A DNA stretch of 63,909 nucleotides, filler included, from Reclinomonas americana ATCC 50394 (Eukaryota): the NCBI GenBank assembly GCA_048213135.1. It is 11 parts of 11 records of this genome, joined end to end, with 100 filler letters (N's around TTAATTAATTAA, not from the genome) between each part and the next. Parts side by side here need not be neighbours in the genome. Positions count along the whole stretch, not along the records: positions 1 to 8,221 come from AFZH01022086.1; positions 8,322 to 20,065 come from AFZH01022087.1; 9 more parts are not named here. One strand, given 5' to 3'. Below the pieces are notes generated by a model. The model saw only the letters and a program-made list of their open reading frames with translations. It made no database searches and was not told the origin of the DNA. Positions 1-11,300 of this stretch are shown one piece after another. Both the position numbers and the translations under genes were made by a program. Position 1 is the stretch's first letter; every line of letters begins with the position of its first letter.

Positions 1-195
1 GCAAGCTGCTTGCGGCGCACAGTTGTGTGTGGTTGTTCTTGGAGCTTCGAACAAACTGAGCCTGCATTGCAGCTCCGCCTGCCCTCCCCCCTTTCCCGCC
101 CTCCCCCGTTCCTGCAGCATATTACGTTGCTTTTGTATTTGTAACTCATTTTTCCCCTTACTCTCCCTCCCTCCTCTCTCTCTCTCCCTCTCAGC

Positions 196-3100
196 TCACG
201 CGTGCTCGTCAGAACGCGGTGACTGCGCAAACCCAACACTTCGCCGACGGCTCGTGCCGCCAGCACTGTGATTCGATCCGGAGGATGGCATCGGCGCGAC
301 TCCGCCGTCCACATTCCCGTATCCCGACTGCTGCCGGTGGTAGGTGCCAATGTCGGGGATGGAGTGACGCGCGCCGACCACCTCCTCGATCTCTGAGTCG
401 ACGTGCTCGTCGTCGACGTGGCCGCCACCGCCACCGCGAGGCATCACACCCACTCGTCGTTCGCCAACGCTGCTGCTGGTGTCCTCGTGCTGCCGGTGCG
501 CATCTGGCTGGTGTGGCAGCCGAGCGAATTCCGCCACCGAGCCGGTAGCGTTGCGCATTACATGCATCGGTGCATTCTCGCTGATCACGTACTCGTCGCC
601 GCGTCGACGTTGCTCCTTTGGCTGCATGTAAAACTGGGGCTTTCCGCCATTGGTGCCCGGTATGCATACCACCTCGAAGTGGGAGAATCGACGGCCGCTG
701 TTGCGCGCGCTCTTGGTGAGGTCCTCCAACTCGGTCGTGTCGCGCGCCATGCGAGCGATTGCCGAGTCCTCCTCAAACTTCACCACGTCGCCACTCTGCC
801 GTCGAGATCGAAGGCTTCGTTGTGAGCCGGCGCTAGCCGGACTCATGAGGCCACCAGCGTGGCTTCCGCCAGCACCCAGTTCTGGGTCTCGTGGGGACTG
901 TGCGAACAGTCAGCGAACCCAAGGCAAGACAATTCCTCTCTTCTCTATTCATCGACACACACCTCGCCAGGTCGACTGCGTCGACTCTGCGCGGACGCCG
1001 ATCCCGGGCGTCCACTTCGGTTGGAACGAGCCGCGGCGACAATGAGCGCGCCGCTCTTTGCCGACTTTCCTGACTCCGACGGACTGAATTCTGCAGCAGC
1101 GTTGACGTCGGGAGTGGCATCGTCTTGCGTCGGTGGATCCTCCTCGGCCATCTTGGCTTCGTCGCTGATGAGATTGGTGTCCGGCACAAACTGGCTCAGA
1201 TCCTCCGGCACCGAGGAGATGTTGTTCCATCCGCCCGTGCCACGCTCGCGGAGGGCGTAGGGCAGGATTTGATACACTGCGCGAATGCGATGAAGGTGAG
1301 ACACAACGACGACAGTTTTTTTGACAAGCAGTGTGCCGCCTCACCATGAATGGCGTCGTCCAGGCCCTTCAGCATGAGTGGTCCAATGTAATTGGTGCAT
1401 GTGCCGAGGCACAGGTCTAGCGTACCGTCAGCGTTGCGAGGGATCTGGCTGAGCAATTCTTCGCTCACGTGGATCATGCCGCCAGCGGCTGTGCCAGCCA
1501 CACGCGCACCACGATTCACCATCGGCCCGTAGTAGTCGGGGCGATTGTTGGTCTGGGTGTGAGCGCACAGTAGTTAGGATCACCGAAATAAACACAGATG
1601 GTGCAAGTGTATGAATTCACTCACCTCGTCGACCTACGATTGTACCAAGAGAATCAAATTGGGGGGGGGGGGGGGGGGAAGCAGTGAGTGAGACCGATGC
1701 CGACATCGCCACACGTGCTCTCCCTCTGTCCCTCCTCACCTTGTCTTGCACCTGGCCAAAATGCAGACCCATGCGCACGCGCAGACCAGAGTAAATTGGC
1801 CCATCAGTTCCCTGCTTCACATCGCCGTGCTTGAAAGTGTACAGCACTCGGGGCCAGCGCGCCTATTCACCGCCAAGAGATGTTGGTGAGCACAAAGAAA
1901 GCAAGTGAGTGCGAGTAAACGATCATGAGCAGCGCACCTTCAACAGAGCCATTTGTGCCTCAAGCGCCCAGTTCAGCGCTGTCCGAGGCTCCTTGAAGGC
2001 AATCATGAAAGCGTCACCTGCGTGCGTGTGGCGACAAGAGCAGTCACGATCGGTGTTACTGTACTTGCTGGCACGCACACTCTCAAAGAATACTCACCCT
2101 CTGTCTTCACCTCGTAGCCGCCGTGCTCACGAATAATATTACGCATGATCTTGTGGTGGATGGTGATGCTACGGCTCATTACCGCCGGATCGGCTTCCCA
2201 CAGCGCGGTGGAACCTGCGAACGGACACAAACACACAGTCAGCCCGTATGTAGAAGCAACATTCGAGCAATCACAAGAAACCTTCCACATCGGTAAAGGC
2301 GATGACGACGCGGCCGCGCGGGGCCGAGGCCAGAGTGGCAACGTACAGGTCCTCGACATCGGCGCCGAACAGATTGGCGTCGTTGTGGGCGTCTCGCAAC
2401 GACTTGTCCGAGTACACGAAGCGCCAGAAGAACAACAAAACGTAGCTGCTCACGGCACACCAAGCGAAAATGCACAGTGCAATTGCCAGTTGGCACCCGA
2501 TCGCCTTGCCACGATCCATCTTTTCACCCGTGCCAACACCGTAAACTGAGCGTGTCAATGCGTTGCGTTGTCGCAGTGAGAGACAGTCACAATAGTATGC
2601 CACTCTTGCACGACACCACTCACTCTTGTCAACATACTCGGTGTCGTAGAAAAAGGCAGTGCACATGAGGCCAGTGAAGCCGCCAAAGAGATGCACACCG
2701 CACGCTTCGACCTGCACGAGAGGTGGAGTGTCAGTGACGAAGGCACTCCTTCGATCAAGTTGCCTCGGTGTTGTACTCACCGGATCGTCGATCTTGAGAA
2801 TGTTGGTGAGCCAAGCACCGGCCAAGTACGCCATGGCCCCAATGATGCCGGTGACGAACGCCGCCCAGGGAGCCATCATGGAGCACCCTGTTCAACGGCA
2901 AGCCAGCGGTTACATAATGCAGTGACAAGTTCGAATGAAAAACAGGCGTCTCCACCAACCTGCAGTAATGGCCACGAGGCCGGCCAGTGAACCGTTGAGG
3001 ACGGCGGTGAGGTTGATGCGCCCGACTTGCAGATAGCCGAGACCAAGAGCAGTGATGGTTGCCGACGAACCAGCAATCACAGTGTTCAGGCCGGCACGAC

Positions 3101-4863
3101 CTGTGCGGCGAAGGGTGGGTACACAAGACGTGCAGCGCGACAGCTACAATGAAGACCACTTACCAGCCACCTTCCAGATCTCGGAGCCAACAATGTAGCC
3201 AGTACTGCCGACGTTGAAGCCGAGCCAGCCGAACCAGAGCAAGAACACACCGAGTGCGGAGAGAATGATCTGGGTCTGCGGGTAGGCGATTGTGAGTACT
3301 GCGAATGGTGGGTTCGCTGATGGAGAACAGTGCGGCACACACACCTTGACCTGCGCACATTGAGAAAGATGGAGTGAGAACAAAGGAACACCAAGTGTTT
3401 CACACGGCCACGATGATGCACACGAACCCACTGGTTGCGAATGAGCTCCAACAACGTGTCTGTCACTGGCCCTTCGTCTTCATCCGTCGCGCGACTTCCC
3501 TGTGTGGTGGAGTCAGCGCACGAACCGAGTCGCGTTGTTGCAGTCTGAAGTGGCATACTCACCGACGACAGAGAGGAGGCAGCACTGCTGAGCACGTCGT
3601 CCTCGTCCATCACACTTTTCTTAAAGGTGACGCCTTCGCGTGGACCCACCATCCACGCTCCGACGAAAGCGCAAGTGCCACCGACCATGTGCACAGCACC
3701 GTCACCTGCATCACCGAGAATCGTGAGCACATGAAACATCAGAAGTGAGATGCACGGGCTCTCACACACGCACCCGCAAAGTCAAGCAAGAAGTACGGCC
3801 CAAACACTCGCTTCTCCTCCACAGTGAAGCCACTGAACATGCCGTTCGCCGACCATTCCCAGTGCACCACCACCGGGTAGAGCACGAGACAAATAACGGC
3901 GTGGAAGAACATGTAGGTCGTAAACTTGGTGCGCTCAGCCATGGCTCCCGACACAATCGTTCCTGCGCGAGACTCGCAGCGTGAGGAAAGCACACCACAA
4001 ACACAAGACGTGGCAAGTGATGCACACACGCACCAGCAGTGGTGGCAAACATGAGCCCAAACATCCACGGAAACTGCTTCTCCTCGGGGAAAGCCAGAAT
4101 CTCCTTGGTGGAGAAGCCGATAAAGGTGGAAGGCCCTTCACTGCCGGCAAACGTGGCCCCCAGAAGCCACCACATGAGGGAGCCCTGTATGCGAGAGGAA
4201 GAAGGAGAAGGAGGAGGAGGAGGAGAAGATGCGCAAAACAAGGGAAAGAGATTCAGCTTCGAAGAAACTGCCGCTTGCGGTGAAAAGGAGAGTCTCGAAC
4301 CGACATGAAATCCGTCGTCTGCGACAAACACAGGAGCATCGCTGACAGTGAGCACATGCACGTGGTGTGTGTGTGTGTGTGTATTATGTGAGACAGAGAG
4401 AGAGCAAAGTGACGCACATTTTTCAGCACAATGGACAACACACTGCCTTTGACACTGGCCGCCTACTCAACGGTCACATCAATGCAATCACATGACAAGT
4501 GAGAGGGTCAGTCGTCTTCAACAAACACAGGCACGCACACACGTGCTCACACACCTCGACGAGCAAGAAGCCTGCTTGCATGATAAACACCTGTGTGAGA
4601 GTGTGCGCGCAAAATGAGCAGCTGAGCGGTTTCACATTAGTGTCGACACTCTAGAAGAGAAACGCACCAGCGCCGAGCAAAGCAAGAGCCACTGTGACGC
4701 ACACGTGTGAGTGAGCGAGCGAGTGAGTGAGTGAGTGAGTGAGTGTGAATGACGCAACAGCCGAGTTCACCGCGATCTCGACAATCGCTGTTCTGTCAGT
4801 AAGACTCCCCAGTGCCATCTGCAGCTCGTCGGTCACCGACGGTACCATTGCTGCGTCGTCCAT
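196..4863 (-). CDS. Ammonium transporter (Amt/Mep family) fused to a class III adenylate cyclase, with a long disordered C-terminal tail; multi-exon
   Basis: The spliced reading gives MDDAAM...AVNSA|WLLLCSAL|VFIMQAGFLLVE|AASVKGSVLSIVLKN|TTDFMS|GSLMWW...FGLMFATTA|GTIVSGAMAER...HWEWS...LDFA|GDGAVHMVGG...LLWFGWLGFNVGS...LNGSLAGLVAITAG...KIDDP|VEACGVHLFGG, which are Amt signature motifs. The reading continues without a stop into APRGRVVIAFTDVE|GSTALWE...YEVKTE|GDAFMIAF...GLRVRMGLHFG...DYYGPMVNRGARV...LKG. All joins examined use GT-AG sites. The C-terminus might extend past 196 through a possible donor there. Confidence 0.92.
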
Positions 4864-6029
4864 GATGGCCAGCAACACGTGTCAACACTCTTTCGAAACG
4901 CGCACTTGTGATTATTGACTCTCCTTCTCTCCTCACTCCCAGTGAAAAATATTGCGCGCGAAAAACCAACGGCCGGGAAACTCTTTTGTGGTGACCACAA
5001 CAACGCACAAAAACGCAACGGGAGAAGTTTTCGAGGGCACTAACGCTTGTTGACTCTCTCCCTCTCTTGCGCGTCCGCACAGTCGCTCGAAAAAGTGAGT
5101 GGCGACCCGAACAAAATAATCATACGAGGTAAAGGGAGAGTCGATGTGGTGATGAGTGGTTTTGGAAAAACGGCAAGTTGAAGAAGAGGAGCAAAGCAGG
5201 TGAGAGTGGAGTCGTTGTTTGTGATGAAGAGATCTAGACAACGGCTCACCGTGCCTTCATCACAGCATGCGCATTCTCGACTGTTCGGTGGCGACACGCT
5301 GGTGCTGCGCATGCGCTGGTGGACAAGGTTGACTACAGTTGGCAAGCAAGCCGTGCTTGTGCATCGGCGACAGCATCCCTTCTTCACACACTCCATGCGG
5401 ATCTGCAGCTCAAGATCATGCGTGGTCTGCGCAGTGAGCGGCCTGTACCATGTCTGCTGCTGCCGCGGCCGCCAACATCGACCGCGACAGCATCTGTCTC
5501 TGCCTTGGCCTCACGATCGAGTGCTCTCGAGCGCGCGCGGTCGCTGCGCTGTGGAGCTCGAGGTGGAGAGCGGCCTCTGTGCTGTCGCCAAAATCGACAG
5601 CAGGATATCGATCCACGACAGCATGCGCATCGATATCCGTCTCTGCCTCGACACCGACTCAGGCACCACGTGCACCTTCCTCTACACTCCACTGTCGAGA
5701 GGTGCTCTCGGCCTGTTCTCGGTGGTGGAGCAAGCGGCCGCGGCCTCTGCTGATCTTGACTCCACTGCTCGGTGAAGGTGGCTGGTGTTCGTGTTGACGA
5801 CTTCTCGTCGTTGCCGACTGCTGGTTTGTTGGCCAGCGAGCAGTTGCCACTCGCCACAGCGGTTCTCTGTGTTGTTGTCTCCTGTTGTCCCACCTGCTCG
5901 TGCTGCTGTGGTTGCTGATCCAAACACGCTCCTCGTCGCGTGCACAGCTGTCCGCTCTAATGTGCACGCACGTGATGGGCTGCTCTCGGACACTCTCAGA
6001 AGTTGGGTGTCAGTGTGGTGGTGCGTGTC

Positions 6030-6064
<35 letters not shown>

Positions 6065-7207
6065 GTCAGGCTCCGTTGGCGGTCGGACGGTGGTGTTGTG
6101 TTTCCCGTTGACTCTCGCTTGTTGCCTGCTGCGATTACTCGATGTCACACTTCCACGTGTGTGCGTCTCAGTGCGGACTGGAAGGCCTTGCGGCAGTGTG
6201 CGTTTGTCGACTCTCTGCAGAAGGCTGCTGCTGGATGCCACGACGTGGTGTCCGCGCAGGGCAACGGCATGAACGAGAAGGATCGATATCCGGAGCAGCG
6301 GTACCTGTACAAGATGTGGACCTCCGCCATTCCCAACCAAGGCGGCATGGTCTTCAACGGCAACCCTGGCTACCTTGCCTCGCTTTGCTGGGACACTTGC
6401 TCGACAGCAGCGAAAGCAAAGGGTGTGGAGAGAGAGCGAGAGAGTGAAGGAGAGAGATCGCAATTGTACTGTATGTGAAAGAGAGAGAGAGAGAGAGCGA
6501 CTGTGCATGTGGAGCCTGGCGATGAAGGTGTCTCCTTATCTCACCACATGCAGGCGCGTATTACTGCGCAGGAGACAAACACACTCTCTCTGCTGAATGA
6601 ATATCGACTTATTGCGCGATCAGTTTTCAAAAAGCGAATTCGAACAAATCGTTTCAACAACTCTCCTCGTCACATACATAGCGTCATGTGCAACGTGGAC
6701 ACGTGCAATTGTGTTGGTGCGAGCCGACTGCAAGCAAACCCTTGACCTCTCGAGCACGTGCGATGCGAGATTCGTTGGCATCCGGATATAGTGCGAAGGC
6801 GCCGATATCGAACGTCGCTGCGATGTGCAGCATAGACCTGCTGCGATGAGGTGCACGACAGCGTACAGCGCTCGATATTTGCGCATGCAGCAGAGCGGCA
6901 CAGCCGAACCCCTCCCTGCGCGTGCGCACATCTATATGCACGCGGCGTTTTAATCGTTTTGCACAAAAGACCAATACTTTCCATACGCATTGTTCATTCT
7001 CTTTTTCTCATCCGCGCGTGAGCAAAGACAACGACCTCAATCTCTCGAGTCGAGCACCCTCCTCCTCGAGTTTCCCTCCGACACCGACAATCGAGTGGCC
7101 GTGATTGGTGTGATTGGTCATACTACTGCGCAGTGAGTGCGCCTTTTTCCTTTCGTGAATGTCGATCTCACACAAGCACGCAGCGTGTCTTTGGCGAACA
7201 GGAAAGC

Positions 7208-8321
7208 ATGGCACTGGAGCAAACATGTCGCACTCTACAAGGCCTTTACCAACGCCGTCCGCCCTTCTCCAGCGTTGCGCAGTCACCCCTTCCACACACA
7301 CACACACGCACTTGTCATCGTCCGTTTTTTGCAGTCTGTTTTTTTAACCCCGCGGTTCTATTTTGCGTAGCGGCCGTTACAAGACGCGGTGATGTTCGTC
7401 GCCATGCACATCAGCTTGGTGGCCACAGTCTTCTCGCCTCCAGCTCTGTCCTCCTCCACCTCCTCCTCCACCAGCAACGACATACTGCTCACGGCAGCCA
7501 CATTGTTGCCTCCTGTGGTTTGTTCGAACAACTCCGTCGTTTCTCATTCGGACGTCTTTTCACTCACAAAAACTCTCGGAAAACACAGCTGCCCCTCACT
7601 CGACTGCATGTGGCCTGGCTGTACGCGTTTGCCAGCACACTCGTCCTCTTCGCGCTTCTCTTTCGCCAGCACAAGCAGCAGCAACGACAACTTGAAAAGA
7701 CCTCGACATCGGGTGCCGGATTGCTCGAGGACTCACTTCTCGCTGTCTTCACTCGCGTTCTGGTGCGCGCTCTCTTTCTCCCCTACCTCGCAGTGTGTGC
7801 ATCTCTCTCTCTCTCTCTCTCACTGTCTCTCCGCACAGTTGTCGGTGGTGTGCGGTCCGCTGCTGTCGGCCCTCGTCCTGCTTCTCCTGCGTCCGCTCCA
7901 CTGCGATTTCTCCTCACTGACGCACCTCAGTGTCACCGATGTGACGAGTGCCTCTGCTGAGTGGAGTTGCGTGTGCACTTGACACGCACATGCACTCACT
8001 CTCTGTCTCACTCTCTCACGCACACATGCAGGATGTGATGACTCGATGAATGTGCTGTTCGGCATTGTCGGCGTTCTTCTCACCCTCGCGCTGACTGTGT
8101 TGGCCATTCTGATGCCGATGCTGTTGCGTCACATGCATGTGCACGCACTGTTGCCTCTCCCTCTCTCTCTCTCTGTCACTCTTGCATGCAATCACTCTTT
8201 CTCCTCATTTTCTTTCTCTTTNNNNNNNNNNNNNNNNNNNNNNNNNNNNNNNNNNNNNNNNNNNNTTAATTAATTAANNNNNNNNNNNNNNNNNNNNNNN
8301 NNNNNNNNNNNNNNNNNNNNN

Positions 8322-8364
<43 letters not shown>

Positions 8365-11300
8365 TCTTCTTCTCCTCCTCCTCCTCCTCCTCCTCCTCCT
8401 CCTCCTCCTCCTCCTCCTCCTCGTCCTCCTCCTCCTCCCTCCCTCCCTGCCCCTTCTCCCTCTCTTCTCCCTTCACCCTTCCACCCTTCACCCTTCCACC
8501 CTCTCTCTCTCCCCTTACCTTTCTCCCCAGCTCCACCGAGTTCCGCCCCACCTCCCGCCTGTGGAGTGCCGGACTCCTCAGTGGACGCTACCTGGCCGCC
8601 CTCAACGCGCTGCGCATCCTCCTGGCCTTGTCGCACACGTTTGTGGCACACGCACTGCCACTGGCGCACGCCATTGTGGCCATTGCCGGTGCCGGATTGC
8701 TGCTGGTGGGCTTGCTGCGGTACTTGCCGCTCTTTTCATTCGCTGGTGGGGTGGTGGCGAGCACCGCCGCAGTGGCGAGTGTCGTGGCTGGTGTCGTGGA
8801 GTGCGTGCTGGTGGCCGTCGGCGGTGGCTTGCACTGGAGTGCTCCGTTGCTGGCAGCGGTGGTGGGTGCCGGCAGTGTGGTCATTGGCGCGCTCGTGGCA
8901 GTGGTGGCGCTGCTTGCGCGGCAGGTGGCCGTTACGCGCGGGGTGGAGGCGTTTGTGAATCGACACGTGACGTCGACTCGGTCGGCAACATCGGGGTCAG
9001 TGGCCAGCTTGGTGGCCAGTATCGCGAGTCCCACGGCGCGCTACTTGGTGCGTTCGCTGCTGAAGTGTGCGTGACGACTGTGGTGACTCACGCACGATCG
9101 CACCTGCAGAGAGGCGGCGGCAGCGCAAACTCAGACGACACCGGGGTAGACAAGGAAATGCGTGCGCTGTTTCCGTACGTGTGGGCGGTGGAGCAGTGCG
9201 CTCGGTTGCCGGCGCGGAGCGTGATGAATGCGTGGGAGCGGGCGATGGATTTGTTTGAGCTTGGTGGGTCACGTGTGTGTGTGTGTGTGCATCTTTGCAT
9301 GTCCGCCCTCTCACTTTTGTGTGTGTCGGCAGGTCGGATGCACTTTGAGGGACAGGCGGCCGATCTGGTGTCTCTGCAGCACGCCGTGTACATGGCGAGT
9401 TTCAACAGCAATGTCGATGTGGCACAGGGAATTGTGGCGACGCTCGCTGCGCGGCAAGAAGTCGAGGTGTCGCTGGCGTTTGACATGCGTCGCATTGTCG
9501 TCGAGCTGACGGCGGCGTTTGAGCGCACCGCCAACTTCAAGGAGCTGTCGTATCGTCAGCGGCTGGCCGCCGTGCACCAGGAGTGGTGCCGCTGCTACGT
9601 GCAGCTTATTTCACTGTGGCGCAGGCTTGAACGAGTGGGAGTCGGTTCGTGTATGCAGAAGGGGAGGGCGGGAGGGAGAGAGAGAGAGAGAGAGGAAACT
9701 GAAAGGGAGCGAGCAAGTGCATGGATACGAAGGGAGGAAGTGGGAGTGAGGAAGGGAGACAGGACGAGAGAGCGAGTGTAAGAAGAGTGAGTGAGTGAGT
9801 GAGTGAGTGAGTCACAGTGTTGGGCGAGTGGGCGAGGAAGGCAAATCGAGAGAAAGTGATTAAGCCAGAGAGTCAATGTGTGAGTTCCTTCGTATTGACA
9901 CAAGGCTTGTATACGATGCAGATGACACGGTGCGCAACCTTCTGCTGGCGGTACAAGAGCAGGAGGCGGTTTGCGATCGCCTCTTCAAGGCTCTGCTGAT
10001 GGATAATCCCGATAGCGTCGAATTGGTTCTGTGGTACGCGCAGGTTGGTCTATGTAGAACGAGACACATCAACCTCCATGCACTTCCACTCACCCACCTT
10101 TGTGCTTGTAGTATGTGACTGAGATCAAGAACGACGAATTGCTTGGTCAGCGCATGGACATGGTGGCGGAGCAGTTGTCGACTGGAGACGGCATTTCAAT
10201 GCAGAATGCCGTCAAGGAGCGCGAATTCGGCCTGCTGGAGAGTATGGAGGTTGATACGTCTAGCCAATATGTGTGTTGTACGTGTCTGCTATTGCTGACA
10301 TGTCGTGTCCCCGCAGCACTTGCGACAGCTGCTCTTTGGCGGCAAGGACGGCGCGATTGACGACGACGACTACTTGTCATCAGCTATTGGCGCGCAGCAG
10401 AGCGATCGCTGGGCTCCTTCATCGTCGTCCGCGTCTGCGCCCACTGCCGACTCCGGCAATCGCATTCAAGCATTTACCACGCCCTTCGACACCACTGTGC
10501 AGGACGTTGTCGACAATGGTGATGGTGAGTGCATGTTCGCTTGCGTGTGTTTGTGTGTCAACGCAACTGAATGGCGCCTGCAGGAAGCGAAATTGTGTTG
10601 CCCGTCAGCACGGCGGCGGTTATCTCTCCCGATAAGCAGAAATGTTGCGTTGACGAGGGGACAGCATATGAAGCGTGTCGTATGCCACTTACCCTTGCCT
10701 GCAGCGGTCAGAATCGCCGCTGACAGCGTCAGAAATTCTCCGCCGTCTCAGCACCCACAGAAAGGCACGGCCTCGTCGATGAAGAAAAACACACAATGCG
10801 ACGAGAAGCCGGTGAAGAACACCAAGGCGGCCAAGAAACTGCTGAGTTGCGTGTGGGGTTTCCTTTGGCTTTTGAGGAACCCTGTCTGGCAAACTGAACG
10901 AGGGCGAGGGTTTGACAGGCTTCAACGATGCTCCTGCTAGCGACTGTGCCAGTCAGTCCGATCGCGGGTCGGTGGGATCGAGCAGGTACGCATGGCCAGT
11001 GTTTTACTGTCGTGCCAATACTTTCCATTTCCTGAACTCGCGTTGCACACAATCACAGCCATGCGCGCTCCACTGGCAGCTCGGCGTACACGGGTGTCAC
11101 AGCTGACAGCACCGCATCGGCCTCACTTCGACGTACGATTGTCGTGGAAAAGGTGCGAACTGTGGATTCATGTATTGAGTGGGCGGCTGTCTGATTCCAG
11201 CTCACATGCTCCTGCCGCAGAATCCCACGACCGTGCGTTCCTACTGGGTCCTGCTGATATTGACTGCGGCGTGCATCGCCACCATGGTGTACGTGTTTGC

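Noticed and set aside
5319..5450. F-box-like peptide SLLHTLHADLQLKIMRGL
   Set aside because: It lacks the conserved LP, and the downstream frame does not look like a folded protein, so it is probably chance.
5384..5967. Stop-codon reassignment to join minus-strand ORFs
   Set aside because: Confident genes in the window end in TGA or TAA and show no internal stops once spliced, so the standard code fits.
8266..8277. Palindromic TTAATTAATTAA repeated ten times in the window
   Set aside because: It is always centred in a 100-nt N block, so it is an artificial six-frame stop linker rather than a biological motif or piggyBac site.
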